DNA of 49,604 nucleotides, counting the filler, from Jimgerdemannia flammicorona (lineage: Eukaryota), in the NCBI GenBank assembly GCA_003990765.1. It is 2 parts of 2 records of this genome, joined end to end, with 100 filler letters (N's around TTAATTAATTAA, not from the genome) between each part and the next. Parts side by side here need not be neighbours in the genome. Positions count along the whole stretch, not along the records: positions 1 to 24,753 come from RBNJ01000930.1; 1 more part is not named here. One strand, 5' to 3'. Of the stretch, positions 11,660-24,440 are shown one piece after another. The position numbers were made by a program, and so were the translations under genes. Below the pieces are notes generated by a model. The model did not search any database. It was not told the origin of the DNA and saw nothing but the letters and a program-made list of their open reading frames with translations. Each line of letters opens with the position of its first letter. The stretch's first letter is position 1.

Positions 11660-14600
11660 GAACTTCTTTTGCTCAAATCACTCAGAGTAAGATAAGCCAC
11701 CAGCAAAAGACAACATATTTTCCAGTTTTTATTTTGAATATACTGGTGTACATTATGTAGCAGAAGTCTATAAAGCACAATAAGTTTTGGCAAAATCTGT
11801 CAAGTTTTGGTGACATGACTAGTTAAGGTTCCTCTAGCTTTGAGCATCTGGAGAGGAGGAGGCCTGGTCTGGGCCTTCCCAAGAGCTTTGCAGCTATTGC
11901 AGGGACTGGTATGGCTGCTGGAGGGACTGGTGGTCAGGAGAGATCTGGTGGAATCAAGGCCTGGTATACTGTGGTGGGGAGTAGGAGGGTGGCAGTCAGA
12001 TCCTTGGGGGTAGGGTAGGGGGGGCATAGTGTTGGGGTCAGGTGATGGGTCAGGTGATGGGTCAGGTGTCCAACAGGGGGCAGGGGTCTGATAGTGTGAT
12101 GTCCAGGACTAGTTCTTCTGGGGCTGGGCTGGTGGCTAGAGAGAGAACTGCTGGTGGTATAGTTGTAGCTGATGAAGTAACTGCTGGTATCTCTGGGATC
12201 AAAGAGAAGGTGACTCTGGTAGCTAGAACAGGTGAGCTCATGGTGCGGCCCTTCTTTCATAAGTCAGTATTAATATGGGCAGTTTTGGCAAATTTTCTGA
12301 GATTGGTAATGTCAGCTAGAGAGGTTCTGCAACTAATGGGAAATGAAGTGGCTGGAGTGGAGTCCTTGAAATTTAGAGGCAGTGGAGATTAGATTTGTAG
12401 AGGAGGATGTAATGATGAAGATACTGGAGAAAGAGCTGACTGTCAAGAGCATCCAGATTGGGATGGCAAGATGTTTGAGGTGAGACCCACATATTGTATA
12501 GCTGGTGGTGGAAGGTCTGCCAACCCTGGGCAGACAGAAGATCAAGGAGATAGTGGTGGAGGCACTGGGAAGCTATGGTGAGATGGTGGATTTTGGTTTC
12601 ATGTTTTGGGAGGGCACCAAATTGAGGAATAGCAACTGCAAGGTGATGCTGTAACTGGATCTAGATTGGAGGATAAGAGTACAAGATGTGGAGGAGGAAA
12701 GGAGCTAAACAGGAGGAGGAAGAGCTGGCAATTACTCTGGAGGAGAGGGAGGCTGCCAAAGAGCTATGAAAGAGGAAGTGGGAAGAGTTCACCAAGAATT
12801 GGGTCTGGATTCAGGCTGATGGCAAGCAGAAAAGGTAAAGGAAAGGGAATTGGAAGCATCTGTAGGCTGCTCTTCAGGGGGCAGTACTGGAAGAGGAGAC
12901 AAGAGCAGAGGTGATCAAGAATTAGATAGAAGGCATAGAAGTGGCAGAGGTGTCTTTCTCCTAGCTGGGTGATGTGGAAAGCTCAGAACATATACCAATG
13001 AGAGGAAAGTGGGCAGATAAGGAGAAGGTGAGAGAGGGGGGCTTTGAGAATGTTATTGAAGTAGTACTGGAGACTCAGATGGAGGATACCCATATAACTG
13101 GGGTGGTAAATGTTCATTGGAATTGCCCTGAGGCTGGGGAGGTGATATATTTGGAGAAGGTTGCAGAGGAGGATGAGCTGGTGGATGTGGCCTCTGATGT
13201 GTCAGCAGACAGGAAGCAGCTACAAGAGTTAAGCAGAATCCCTAGACCATTGACTCCTGGGCCCCTGGTGATGACAGTGGAGAACTGGTATCAGGTAGTA
13301 CTTGAGGAACTTATGGAGGAGGACATCAAGGAAGTGGATGTTTTCCATGGATCTCAGGAGGCATGGGAAGGATTTTTCAATATTGCAATGCAGGGGCCCA
13401 AGCTGGTGATGGCAATGGTGGTGGCTCTTCTGGATAATAAAGGATATGAAGTTGATGAGAGCAGAATGGCAGACATCAGGAAGGTGGCAGCTAAAAGAGT
13501 GGATCTTTTCTGCAGTAGTGTGAATGGTGATCATATCTGAAGGACAATTTGCAAGAACCAGTGAGAGATTATTAGAGGAAGGGCTGAGAAGGTAGTGGCA
13601 GTCCCAGCTGAGCTTTAAATATTTTCTTTGATAATGATGAACAGTTTATATATTTTATCAATTAATGTCAATAGATTGCATGATGGTATTAAGAGACAGT
13701 GACTGTTCCAATGGCTTAAAGTCAGGAGATATGATATTGTTTTTCTTCAGGATGTTTAGGCTTATAAAGAGCAAGACTATAAGATATGGAGTAAAGAATA
13801 GTATGGTGGAGCAGGTTGGAATAAGCAGGTGGATATCTTGATCAGTGTAGGTAAAAGCAAGCTGGTGGAGGTAGAGGTCTATAGTGATAGACTGGTGTGG
13901 GGAAGGCTAAAAGAAGGAGTAGGTGACAGTTTGACAGTAGGCTCAGTTTACCTCTCTACAGTTGGCAGAGAGCGAAAGCAATGAGTTGAGAGTTGGTAGA
14001 CTTGGGAAGATTGAGAGGTGGTTGTTTTGGACATTCTGGGGGAGAACTTCAATATGGTATGTAATTGAACACTAGATAGGTCTGATAGTAGAGCAGGAGT
14101 TACAGTGTCCTCTGGACTATCTTAATGGCTTCAGGTGGAGCATGACATGAGATTGGTGGATGGTGTTCATCAGTATCAGAGGGAGGAGTCTGGACCTTTT
14201 ACCTGGTAGCATCCAGTTGGTCAAGGATTAGTTGAGACATGAATAGATTGGGTGCTAGTAGCTGAGTATTGGGGTAATGTGCTGGACATTACAGAGGTAC
14301 ATTGGTGCTCTTGGTCTGATCATTGGGAAGTAGAGGTATGTGGTAGATTCCAAGCAGCAGACAGTAGTAGAGAGTGCTGGTATCTCAATGTGGCTTTACT
14401 CAGAAGGAAGAGAGAGAACAATTTGTGGCAGTTGTGAGACAGGAGATAGCATGATAGCAGAATGATGAGCAGTTGATAGCAGAATGGTGGGGTAAATTCA
14501 AACATTTGGCAGGTGCCTACTGGTGTGATGTTGGAGAAGTGGCTGGAAAGGAGCAGAAGGACAAAGAAAGGAGAGTAGAGCAGGGGCTGCAATGGCAACT

Positions 14601-17304
14601 GAAGCTATTAGAAGGGGGGAACTTATCTGAAGAGGTATGCCACTGGTTGGCAGTAGAGGTGACAGAGTGCAGATGGATTTGAGGGCATCTGAGACCAGGA
14701 TAGTAGATGGTCTGCTAGCCAGATTGTAGGCTAGACAGTTGGAAGAAGGAGAGAGGCTGACTAAATATTTATCTGGTATTTTAAAGGCCAGGAGGGTGCA
14801 ACACAGCTGGGCCTCAGTATTGTATAAAGATGGAGTAGAGGTCTTAGAGATTACTGATATATTGGGAGAGATATCAGGACAATGGCAGGCTCTCTGGCAA
14901 GATGGTGGAGAGTATGCTAAGGATGTAGCACTTTGAGAGAACAATGATAATATGGTGAACAATTGGCCAGTGATAGTATTGTCTGAGATAGGGGAGGTAG
15001 TCATGGGAGAGGTATCTTTAGATAAGTATTAGAGTTATTGAGGAAGATACAGACTGGTTTATCACCTGGGGAAGATGGGCTGCTCTGGGAATTCTGGAAG
15101 GAGTTCCAGACAGAGTTTGGTAGCTGATTGGTAGAGATGGCTAACTTTATCCTAAAGGAGAGCAGCTGGATTAGCAATGGTTCCTTGGAATTAGTTGCCC
15201 TTCTATATAAGGAAAAGAGAGATCGACGAGTATGGCATAATTGGTGATCTATCATACTGCTGAATGTAGATAGAAAGCTGGTCTCAAAGATTCTGGCAGA
15301 GAGGATGTAGCAGTATATTTTTGCAATAGTTGGTGAAGAGTAGTGAGACTTCATCAAGGGAAGGCAGATTAGAAATAGTATTGCTTGGGTACAGAATGTC
15401 TTAGAAGGCTGTAGGAGCCAGCAGGTAGATGACCAGATCATCTTTCTGGATCAAGACAGAGTACAGTGGAGTTATTTGGAGGCTGTTCTGAAGAGAGTAG
15501 AGTTCAATATAGTAGAGACAAGGCAATTGATGGGCTTAGTACAGAGATACTGAGTGGTAGTTATAATAAATAGATAGAGTGGGCCAGAGTTTGCCTTAGG
15601 GTGAGGTGTACTATAGGGGGATCCTCTCTCTCCCCTCCTTTATGTACTCTCTCTGGAGCCTTTGCTGGTATGGCTGAAGGGGTGGCTTTCTGGACTGTGG
15701 ATGGAAGATGTGGTCTGGAAACTAGGTGCTTTCACAGATGACATAGTAGTAGAGTTGGGTAGTATAGAGGATGTGGATCTTCTACAGGAAAGAGTTGGGG
15801 CCAAGCTGAATTGAGGCAAGTATGAGACAATGGAACTTAGTACTGGTTTGGGGGTACATGGATAATTTGGACAATTGGTGACCATAGAGAGTGCTGTTCA
15901 GTATCTGAGTATCTGGTTCTCAGTATATGGGATAGTCCTGCAGAAGGAGTAGTGGTATAGATTGATTCAGAAGTTGGAGGGTACTTTGACTGGTTGGTCA
16001 GAGAGGAGCTTCTTCTTGGTAGGCAGGATAGTGGTCTTGAATATATATTGGTTGCTCAAATTGTGGTATCTAGGATATTATCTGGATTTTCTGGAGTGGG
16101 TGGTATAGCAGCTGAAGAAAATTGTGGAAGGGTGGTTGTGGTGTAGAAAGTGACCACAGATTGGGTGAGACACATTGGTGATGAGGACAACTGATAGAGG
16201 CCTGGGGTTGGTGGACTTCAGATACTGGCTGAAGGTACTTTGGGGTTGGTAAGAGTGCTGGCTAGTAGCACTAAATGAGGAGGATTGGGGCAGGCTAGTT
16301 ATAGACAATTGAGAGATCTGGTTCTGCCTCTATAGTGAGGTTTGGAAGGATATGCAGGGTCTGCTTCAGGTCAGAAATGTATGTAAACTGCAGTATAAGG
16401 GATTCTGGTGGAGTATTGTAGAGGCCTGACTAGCTATGGAGTTGGCAGAACTAGAAATGGCAGTGGGTGAGAACCCTGAGCAGAGGTAGTGGTGGCTGGG
16501 AGACCTCTACATAGATGGCTATAGTTTGAAGGAGTACTCATTAGTTGAGGCAATAGAGTGGATTAGGGCTGGCCCTCTGGAGAGATGGCCAGCAGGTTGG
16601 CAGAGAGCAGGATTTGGTAAAGACTAGAAGTGAGACTATATCTGGAATTGGGGAGCCTCTTTGCTCAAGATAGTACCTCCTAAGTACTGGGTAGTTTGGT
16701 GGTAGTTCTTGAGAAGAAACATGATGTTGGGCTATCAGACAGTGATGGTAGATGGCTGTTGGGACTGCAAGTAATGTAGTGAGGTGGATGGTGGAGTAGT
16801 TTAGACACCAGAGCATATTCTGGTAGCCTGCCCTGGGGTTGAAGGATTCTGGCAGAGTTTGGAAGTTTATTGGAGCCCTCAGAGTCAAAGATCAGGAGAT
16901 CCAGTCAGCCTGGTGGTCAAGTACTAACTGGTGGGGGAGATTGGAGATATCTGGGGAGGCCTAGGTTGAGTCTTAGGGATTTGGGTTCTGATAGCAGTGC
17001 ATTGGCAATAGATATTTGAGCAGGACCCATGGATGGGAATTGGAGAGCTGGTGGAGTGGTAGAGGTGGCTTCTCCAGGAGGTAGTACAGAGGTGGTAGTA
17101 TCAGGGGAAGCAGCTTTAACCAGAGATCTTAAAAAGGTACAGGACATCATACAGCAGAGTTGAGAGTATCTGGTGATAGATGATCATGGAGTTAGATAGA
17201 AAGAAGGAGTTGGCTGAGCAATTCTACCTATATATATTGTGTCAGTAGTAGTTTATGGTTAATTTGTATTATAATAGCAGTAATAAAGTTGAAGTTCAAA
17301 TAAC

Positions 17305-17349
<45 letters not shown>
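11660..17349 (+). mobile_element. L1/Tx1-clade LINE, full-length and degenerate (LINE-b)
   Basis: Poly(A) at 17308-17349. ~15-bp TSD agagactattctatt (11645-11659) / agaggctattctatt (17349-17363). ORF1 relic ~11790-13617. Confidence 0.92.
13634..17250 (+). pseudogene. LINE-b ORF2 (APE endonuclease + RT), many stops
   Basis: MMNSLYILSINVNRL..YDIVFLQDV, G(E)NFN, IDWVL, WSDH, SPGEDGL, GDPLSPLLY, GAFTDDIVV, YLSIWF, and a zf-RVT-like Cys/His segment near 16760-16830. The 3' boundary is approximate. Confidence 0.88.
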
Positions 17350-17353
<4 letters not shown>

Positions 17354-17365
17354 CTATTCTATTTA

Positions 17366-19357
17366 TATAAGAGGGTTACTTGTTAGAGTAACCATTATAT
17401 AGTTCTGAAAGAGTTTTTCAGAAGTTCTGGATATTCTGAAAGACCATTTTCTTAAGATCAAGATTAATTTTATATAGAGTATATCCTCTATGCTTATTAA
17501 TTTTAAGATTGAGTTGACATCTCAATCAAAGTCCTTTTTTGAACTAGTTCTAGATATTTAGGATTTTCTATATTTCAGAAAGTTCAAGAAACTAAGACCA
17601 GCTTAGTTGAATTGGCATATCACTGCAGACAATACCTAATTAGGAAATTTCATAATGGGATTAGAAGTGGAACCTAACAAAGAGTAGATTTACTTAAGAG
17701 TGGTTTGTGGATTATTAAATAGATTTATTTGCTATTCATAATATTACTATACTAGGAGTAGTTGTGTGAAGGGGTATTGTAGGGAAGTGTTCAGAAATAT
17801 TTTTGTATGTTCAAGTCTGAGATTCTGAGGTCTGGGGGAGGGGGTATTTATACTAGTAAGGGGCTATCTAGGCTATACTAAATATGGATGTAGCACTTAG
17901 TACCTTGTTGAGTCAGAATGCAGTTATATAGTATAAGTGTGATCTGATATATCAAGAGATCATCTGACTACTGAGTCAGTTCACAGTTATATCATACAAG
18001 GCTAATCTAACTATACTATGACTGCTAAGCTATCTATAGATTTAGATACTGTCTGAATAGTCTTTGATGATATGTATTACTATTGATGACATCATCTCTG
18101 ATGAAGTAGTTATCTAGGAAGAATTGTTTGCAGATTAACTCTCCTTGTTCACTGAGGTAATAATTCATTGAGACTTCATCACTATCCTACAGGATAGCAT
18201 TATCTGTCTCATATACTGGATAAGATATTAGTGGATAAAGGAGGAGTACATTGTCTTTACTTTCATCAGATTTGCTGTCTGTATACCTTCTATGAGTTAT
18301 GGTACTATGAGTTACTGGGTTGTAGTAAGCTGGTGGCTGTGGTTTATATTGCTCATACTTGGGTGGTGGAGTTGTTGATTTGATCTCAAGAGTTGTCTGG
18401 AGATACAGATTGTGTTCTCTGATCTCTTTATTATAGTTGAAGTAATTAGGAGTGAATATCAGTTGGTACTCATACCAGTGGTCAATATTCCAATAAGTTT
18501 TATAGGTAGTTATGAACTATTGTAAGTTCATCAGCAAGGTTGGCAGAGTGATCAAGATTGGTAGAAATCTCTGGCTTGAGATCATATTGGTATCAGAGGG
18601 ATCATTGTCTTCTACTTTGTCTTCATCAAATCAGATTATATTATAGATATCCTTCATAGTGTATCTGACTTGAGGCATTTGTAGGATATAGTCATCAGAG
18701 TGTGGGAAGATTCTGTCTATAGTCTGAATGTACTTGAGGTATTTATGGTTGAGTTCTTGTATCATATCATCTATTTGGCCATAGGATAGAGTAGCAATCA
18801 TTTCGGTAGTAGTAACTTGGAGGCAGAGAATAACTATGCTATACTCATAGAAGAGTTCTTGATATTTATAGGTGATGAGTTTCTGGTATTGAGATATCTG
18901 AGTAATGTCTATATTATGGTGGTATTTGACCATGTCTTCTAGAAGGCAGCCAATCTGATAGTAGCTTGAAATTTGTCTGATTTGGTGGGCTTCACTAAGC
19001 ATGTTCAGGGTATTCTATCAGACTTCTATGAAGTAGAGAGGTGCTAAACTATAGATATTCATGAGGGGCAGAGGAGGTGTGGCTTAGTTGACAATGGTAT
19101 TCTAAGTGTTAGTATAGATATAGTTGTAGATCTCGGTGGTCATGTTTATATATGTTCAAGAGTTGGGGTTGTTTGTTTGGTTTCTCTGTTTCAATGTGTC
19201 TTGATGCTCAGTATATATATATTTGGTCCTAATTGGTAAGATCCTGTTTGTATAAATCTTATGTTTTGTAACTTTATATTGACTTAACTTTGTATGCTGT
19301 GACTTCAGTTTAACTCAGCTTCATGATCTTATAGGTGATTTTCAGATTTGTTCAGAG
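17366..19357 (-). mobile_element. LTR of gypsy family A (copy 2), missing its first ~73 bp where element A inserted
   Basis: Reverse complement of ~19431-21423; ends CTTATA at 17366. Contains the LTR ORF relic at 18042-19143. Confidence 0.88.
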
Positions 19358-21423
19358 TGTAAGCGCACAACCTCCAAGCTATCAAAACTACACGTCACCC
19401 TCTGAACAAGCCACTGAAATCACACGCGACCTCTGAACAAATCTGGAAATCACCTGCTTGATCATAAAGCTGAGTCAAACCAAAGTTATAGTGCACAAAG
19501 CTGAGTCAATACAAAGTCACAGAACACAAGATTCATATAAATGGAATCTTACCAATCAGGACCAAATGTATGTATATATACAGAGCACCAAGACATGTTG
19601 AATCAGAGAACTAAAACAAACAACAACCACAACTTCCAAACACACAAACATGACCACCAAGATCTATACCCATATCTGTGCTGGCATTTGGAATGCCATT
19701 GTCAATCAAGCTACACCCCCTCTGCCCCTCATAAATATCTATAGCCTAGTACCCCTCTACTTCGTGAAAGCCCGATGGAATGCTCTGAATATGCTTAGCG
19801 AGGCCCACTGAATCAGATAAATCTCAAGCTACTACCAGATCAGCCGCCTCCTGGAAGATATGATCAAACACCACCATGATACAGACATCACTCAGATGTC
19901 TCAACACCAGAAGCTTATCGCCTGCAAACATTGAGAACTCTTCTACAAGTATAGCACCATTATTCCTCACCTCTGAGTTACCATAGCCAAAATGATTGCT
20001 ACCCTGTCCTATGGCCAAATTGATGACATGATACAAGAACTCAACCACAAGTACCTCGAGTACATCGAAACCACAGACAGAACCTTCCTACACCCCAATG
20101 ACCATATCCTGCAAATGCCCCAAGTTGGATATGCCATGAAGGACATCTATGATATAATCCACTTTGATGAAGATGAAGCAGAAGACAATGATCCCACTGA
20201 TGCTGACATGACCTCTAGCCAAGGATCTCTACCAACCCTGATCACACTGCCAACCTTGCTGATGAACTTACAACAATTCATAACAGCATACGAGACTTAT
20301 TGAGACAATGACCACTGATATGAATACTAATCTGCATTCACTCCTGATTACTTCAACTATAATAAAGAGACTGGAGAACACAACCTGTACCTCCAGACAA
20401 CTCTTGAGATTGAACCAACCACCCCACCACCTGAGTATGAGTGACATGAACCACAGCCACCAGCTTACTACAACTCCATGACTCATAGTGCTGTAACTTA
20501 CAGAAGGTATACAGACAGCAAATCTGATGAAAGTGAAGACAATGCACCCCTCCTTTATCCACCAACACCTTATCCAGCATATGAGACAGATAATGCTATT
20601 CTGTGGGATGGTGATGAAGTTCCAATATATTATTACCTTAGCAAACAAGGAGAAGTAATCCACGAACTACTCTTCCTAGATGACTACTTCATCAGAGATG
20701 ATGCAATCAATGGTGATGTCATCAAAGACTACCCAGATAGTGCCTAAATCCATAAATAGCCTAACAGTCATAGTATAGTTAGATTAGCCTTGTATGACAT
20801 GACTGTGAACTAACTCAGCAGTCAGACAATCTCTTGACATGTCAGATCACACTTGTACTATATGACTGCATTCCAACTCAGCAAGACACTTAGTGCTACA
20901 TCTATATTCAGCATAGTTCAGATAGCCCCTCACTAGTATAAATACCCCCTCCCCCAGACCTCAGAATCTGAGACTCAGACACACAAGAACATTTCTGAAT
21001 ACTTCTTCACAATATCCCTTCACATAACTACTCCTAGTATAGCAATATCATGAATAGCAAATAAACCTATTCAATAACCCACAAACCACCCTTAAGTAAA
21101 TCTGCTACCCATTAGGTCCCACTCCTAACTCCATCACGAAATTTCCTAATTAGGTATTGTCTGTAGCAATATGTCAATTCAACTAAGCTGGTCTTAGTTT
21201 CTTGAACTTCCTGAAATACGGAAAATCCTGAACATCCAGAACTAGTCCGAAAAAGGACTTTGGTTGAGATGTCAACCCAATCTTGAAATCAATAAGTGTA
21301 GAGGACATACTCTATATGAAATTGATCTTGACCATAAGAAAACGATCTTCCAGAATATCCAGAATCTCCAGAAAACCTTTCCAGAACTATGTAACAGTTA
21401 CTCTAAAAAGCAACCCCCTTACA
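19358..21423 (+). repeat. 5' LTR of element A (2066 bp)
   Basis: TGTAAG...CTTACA inverted termini. Boundaries match the TSD-flanked solo LTR at 8935-11093. TATA-like TATAAATA near 20937. Confidence 0.92.
19650..20747 (+). pseudogene. LTR (U3)-encoded accessory ORF, ~365 aa in consensus, unknown function
   Basis: ATG 19650 to TAA 20747 in one frame that joins ORF-track fragments 19992-20303 and 20478-20747. Several interrupting stops are sense codons in sister copy 1, e.g. CAC TGA ATC AGA TAA here versus CAC CGA ATT GGA CAA. Confidence 0.82.
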
Positions 21424-21426
21424 ACT

Positions 21427-21439
21427 TGGTAGCAGTGGT
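21427..21439 (+). promoter_or_regulatory. Primer-binding site, likely tRNA-iMet
   Basis: TGGTAGCAGTGGT begins 3 nt after the LTR end. TGGTAGC is complementary to the 3' end of eukaryotic initiator tRNA-Met. Confidence 0.7.
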
Positions 21440-21529
21440 TTACAACCCAATTCCACTTCAAGATGCTTCCTCACCCTGCTACAAACCTCTCTGCGAATTC
21501 CTACAAGTTGGTATCAAGCCCAACCTCTG

Positions 21530-23400
21530 AACTGGAATTTATCCAAACCATCTGACAATCTGGAGAGAATTGAACCTAATGTACAAGGACAATTTGATCT
21601 CCACACCTGCAACAAGTGGGACAAACTTCATTCAAAAAAAGAAGTACTCTGATTAAATCAGCAAATAGGTGAAATCTTATTTACCGAACTTCTTGCACTA
21701 CACCTAGCAAGTCAAGATGAAGAAGGTCTTATTGAAGTCTTCTTTACTCTTCTCAACAAGAGTTTTGTCAGCTCCACAAACCCAAGTGACCTAGGACAAT
21801 CAGCAGCAGTCTTTCTAGCCTTAGTTCCTCATAAAGCCCAAGTCTCTGTAGCCAAGTGGCTCAACTCTACCAACTTTCACCATACAAGGACCAAGACCGC
21901 ATTATACTACTGATTCCAGAACAGCAAGGCCCACCATATTCTTAAAGAAGAAGCAAGAGAAACCCTTCATCAACTACCTGACTCTGAACCTAAAGCAGGC
22001 CCTGCTACAGCCCTACCTGAATCTGAAACCAATACCGAACCTGAACTTGACTTTGAATTAAGTCTATCTGAGATCAGATATACAACTGATTCTGTCTACT
22101 TTGACACTGAGCAAACCCAATTACATGGGGACCAAACCAAAGAAAAGGAGGAGTATCTCAGTAAATTCAATCCCAGATATACCATCAAAGGAGAAGTACC
22201 TCTATCAAGACAGAATACACCTACACAGCAACAAACAGTTATCTATCAAGCCCTCACTCCAGACCCCCAACTACTACTCCAGTAACTTACACAGACCCAA
22301 AGAACCCTATCACACTCTGCACCAGTACCTCAAGTAGTACTAGTATGTAACACCACTACCAGCAGTCTAACCACCTCCAGTAAATAATATGGTGAACCAA
22401 CAGATTCTAGACCTCACAGCCCAGGTAGCCATAATGGCAGCAACCATTACTGCCTTAGCAGAACAGACCTGATCTATCAAAAATCTGAGCCTATCTACCT
22501 TTAATAGTACTGCACAAGAAGTCCAAAGCTTCATTAGTGTAGTTGACACCAATTTCGAAGCCAATCAATGGACTAATGAGCGAGTTGCTGACTATGTTCT
22601 GACAAACAATCAAGACCACACTCTGGAATAACTCTTTGCTACCACTACAGCCTATGTCCGCTGAGTTGTTACATTCTTCCAAGGACCTGCTGAAGAATAG
22701 TGGTGAATCCTTCCTGAAAAACCCCTCACATGGGATACCTGACCTGTAGTAGTTGCTCAGAATGCAGCAAACAATGTCCCAGGATATGGAGCCCATCCTG
22801 CAGTCCCTGGACTTAAACAACTCATGATTGCTCAATACCACAGCAAAACCATGATTGCTAAATCTCAAGTAAAACTCTGCAACCTCAAATTCGATGTACA
22901 TGGCAAGGAAGAATTCGAACCCTTCTGTACAAAACTTGAGTCACTCCTGAACACTGTTAGCCTAGGATATATCACCAATGATGAAGCACGAAATGGTACA
23001 AGAGCAGACCATTTATTCAATGCCCTGCCTGAATGGCTTATTAGAAAAATCCGAGAACAAGGCTGCCCAGTTGGTTGTGATCACCAAAAATGGTGCCTGG
23101 CAAGAATCAAGACTATGGTCAAGTGAATCCTAACAGCTGGACCAATTCTGCCCTGAAGACAATTCAATAACAAGGAAAGGACTTGGACCAAGAAAGAAGA
23201 ACTCAAGCATGAAGCATCCCAAGCTCCCTCCACATCCATCTCTTGGATACTCAGAAATCACAAACCCACTCAGCCAAGTACCTTCAAGAAACTTACTGAA
23301 GGTAAAAGGAATGAACTTTGAAGAAGCAGAGCATGTTTCTATTGCCGAAAGACAGGACACATGGCCAGTGTCTGCCCTAACTGAAAACCCCTAACAGCAA
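21530..23400 (+). pseudogene. Gag of element A, with long N-terminal extension and CCHC zinc knuckle
   Basis: CFYCRKTGHMASVC at ~23334-23375. Capsid-like segments (LSTFNSTAQEVQSFISVV; LFNALPEWLIRKI). Start is approximate. Confidence 0.75.
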
Positions 23401-23453
23401 CATGAGCAACTGTTACCACTCTGCACCACCTCAACAACCTGACCACCAGAACA

Positions 23454-23861
23454 CTGGACTTTATCAAGTTAAGACAAACTGCTAAGACCCCAACCAAAAG
23501 AAGCCAAAAAGCAACTGGATATGACCTGTATGTAGCTGAAGAAGCTACAGTTTCCAACCAAGAAGTCAAACAAGTCTATACAGGAATTAGCATTCAAATC
23601 CCTGAAGGATATGTTGGAAGAATATGCTGTCACAGCAGCCTAGCATTGAAAGGACTCTCAGTAGAAAGAGGAGTTATCGATGAAGATTACACAGGTAAAA
23701 TCATTGTCCTCATCCAAAACCATAGTTGGACACCCTTCAAGATCCCTATTGATTTCTGCATTGCCCAGATCCTATTCGAAAAAATCGAGTCAACCCTGAC
23801 AGTCAAGGAAGTCCCTGAACTACTGCCCACCATCCAAGGATCCAAAGGATTTGGCTCATCA
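23454..23861 (+). pseudogene. dut: dUTPase domain of element A polyprotein
   Basis: Motifs ATGYDL, (R>H)SSLA, GVIDEDYTG, IAQ and GSKGFGSS, in frame with the upstream zinc knuckle. Confidence 0.93.
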
Positions 23862-24080
23862 AACAAGGCCCTAACTCAACCTACTATGAGTAAAGAAGAA
23901 CAATTCTACAAAAAGATCGAAGATGGATATGTACCAAGTGGCTGATGCCCTCATGACATTGGAATGTACTCTTTCCAAATGATTGATAATTGCTTCTCTT
24001 GTATCAATGAACTGGCTCAAAGAAGAACCAACAGAAGGAAAGCTCCTACAACTGAAATCACCACTATTGGATTAGACAAA

Positions 24081-24440
24081 CTGCTCACACTTAAGGCTTT
24101 TGTCAACCAAGCACCTGTCAAGATTATGATAGACAGTGATGCCTTAGGCAACTTCATCAATGAAGAAACAGCCAACAGACTTAAGGTCTTCACCTCTCCA
24201 GTACAATAAACTCAAGCAGTGGCTACAGCCAATGGAACCTCACATGTTATTAGTAAGGAAGTCTACAACCTACTCTTCTGAATTGGTAATTACCAAGTAT
24301 ATGTTACTCTCCAAATTGTACCACTTCCTGACAATGAAATCATCCTTGGGACTCCATGGTTAAAACAAGAGAACTCCATGATTGATTGGGTAAACCATTC
24401 TCTGGCCATCAAGAAAGGATGCCACAACTTCAAACTGCAA
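24081..24440 (+). pseudogene. Retropepsin aspartic protease of element A
   Basis: VKIMIDSDALGNFI (DSG decayed to DSD), VATANG, IILGTPWLKQENSMIDW. Confidence 0.88.

Noticed and set aside
21501..21521. Second PBS-like motif (TACA AGT TGGTATCAAGCC) suggesting a later LTR end
   Set aside because: Both sister LTR copies and the solo-LTR TSD place the LTR end at 21423. Probably coincidental or vestigial.
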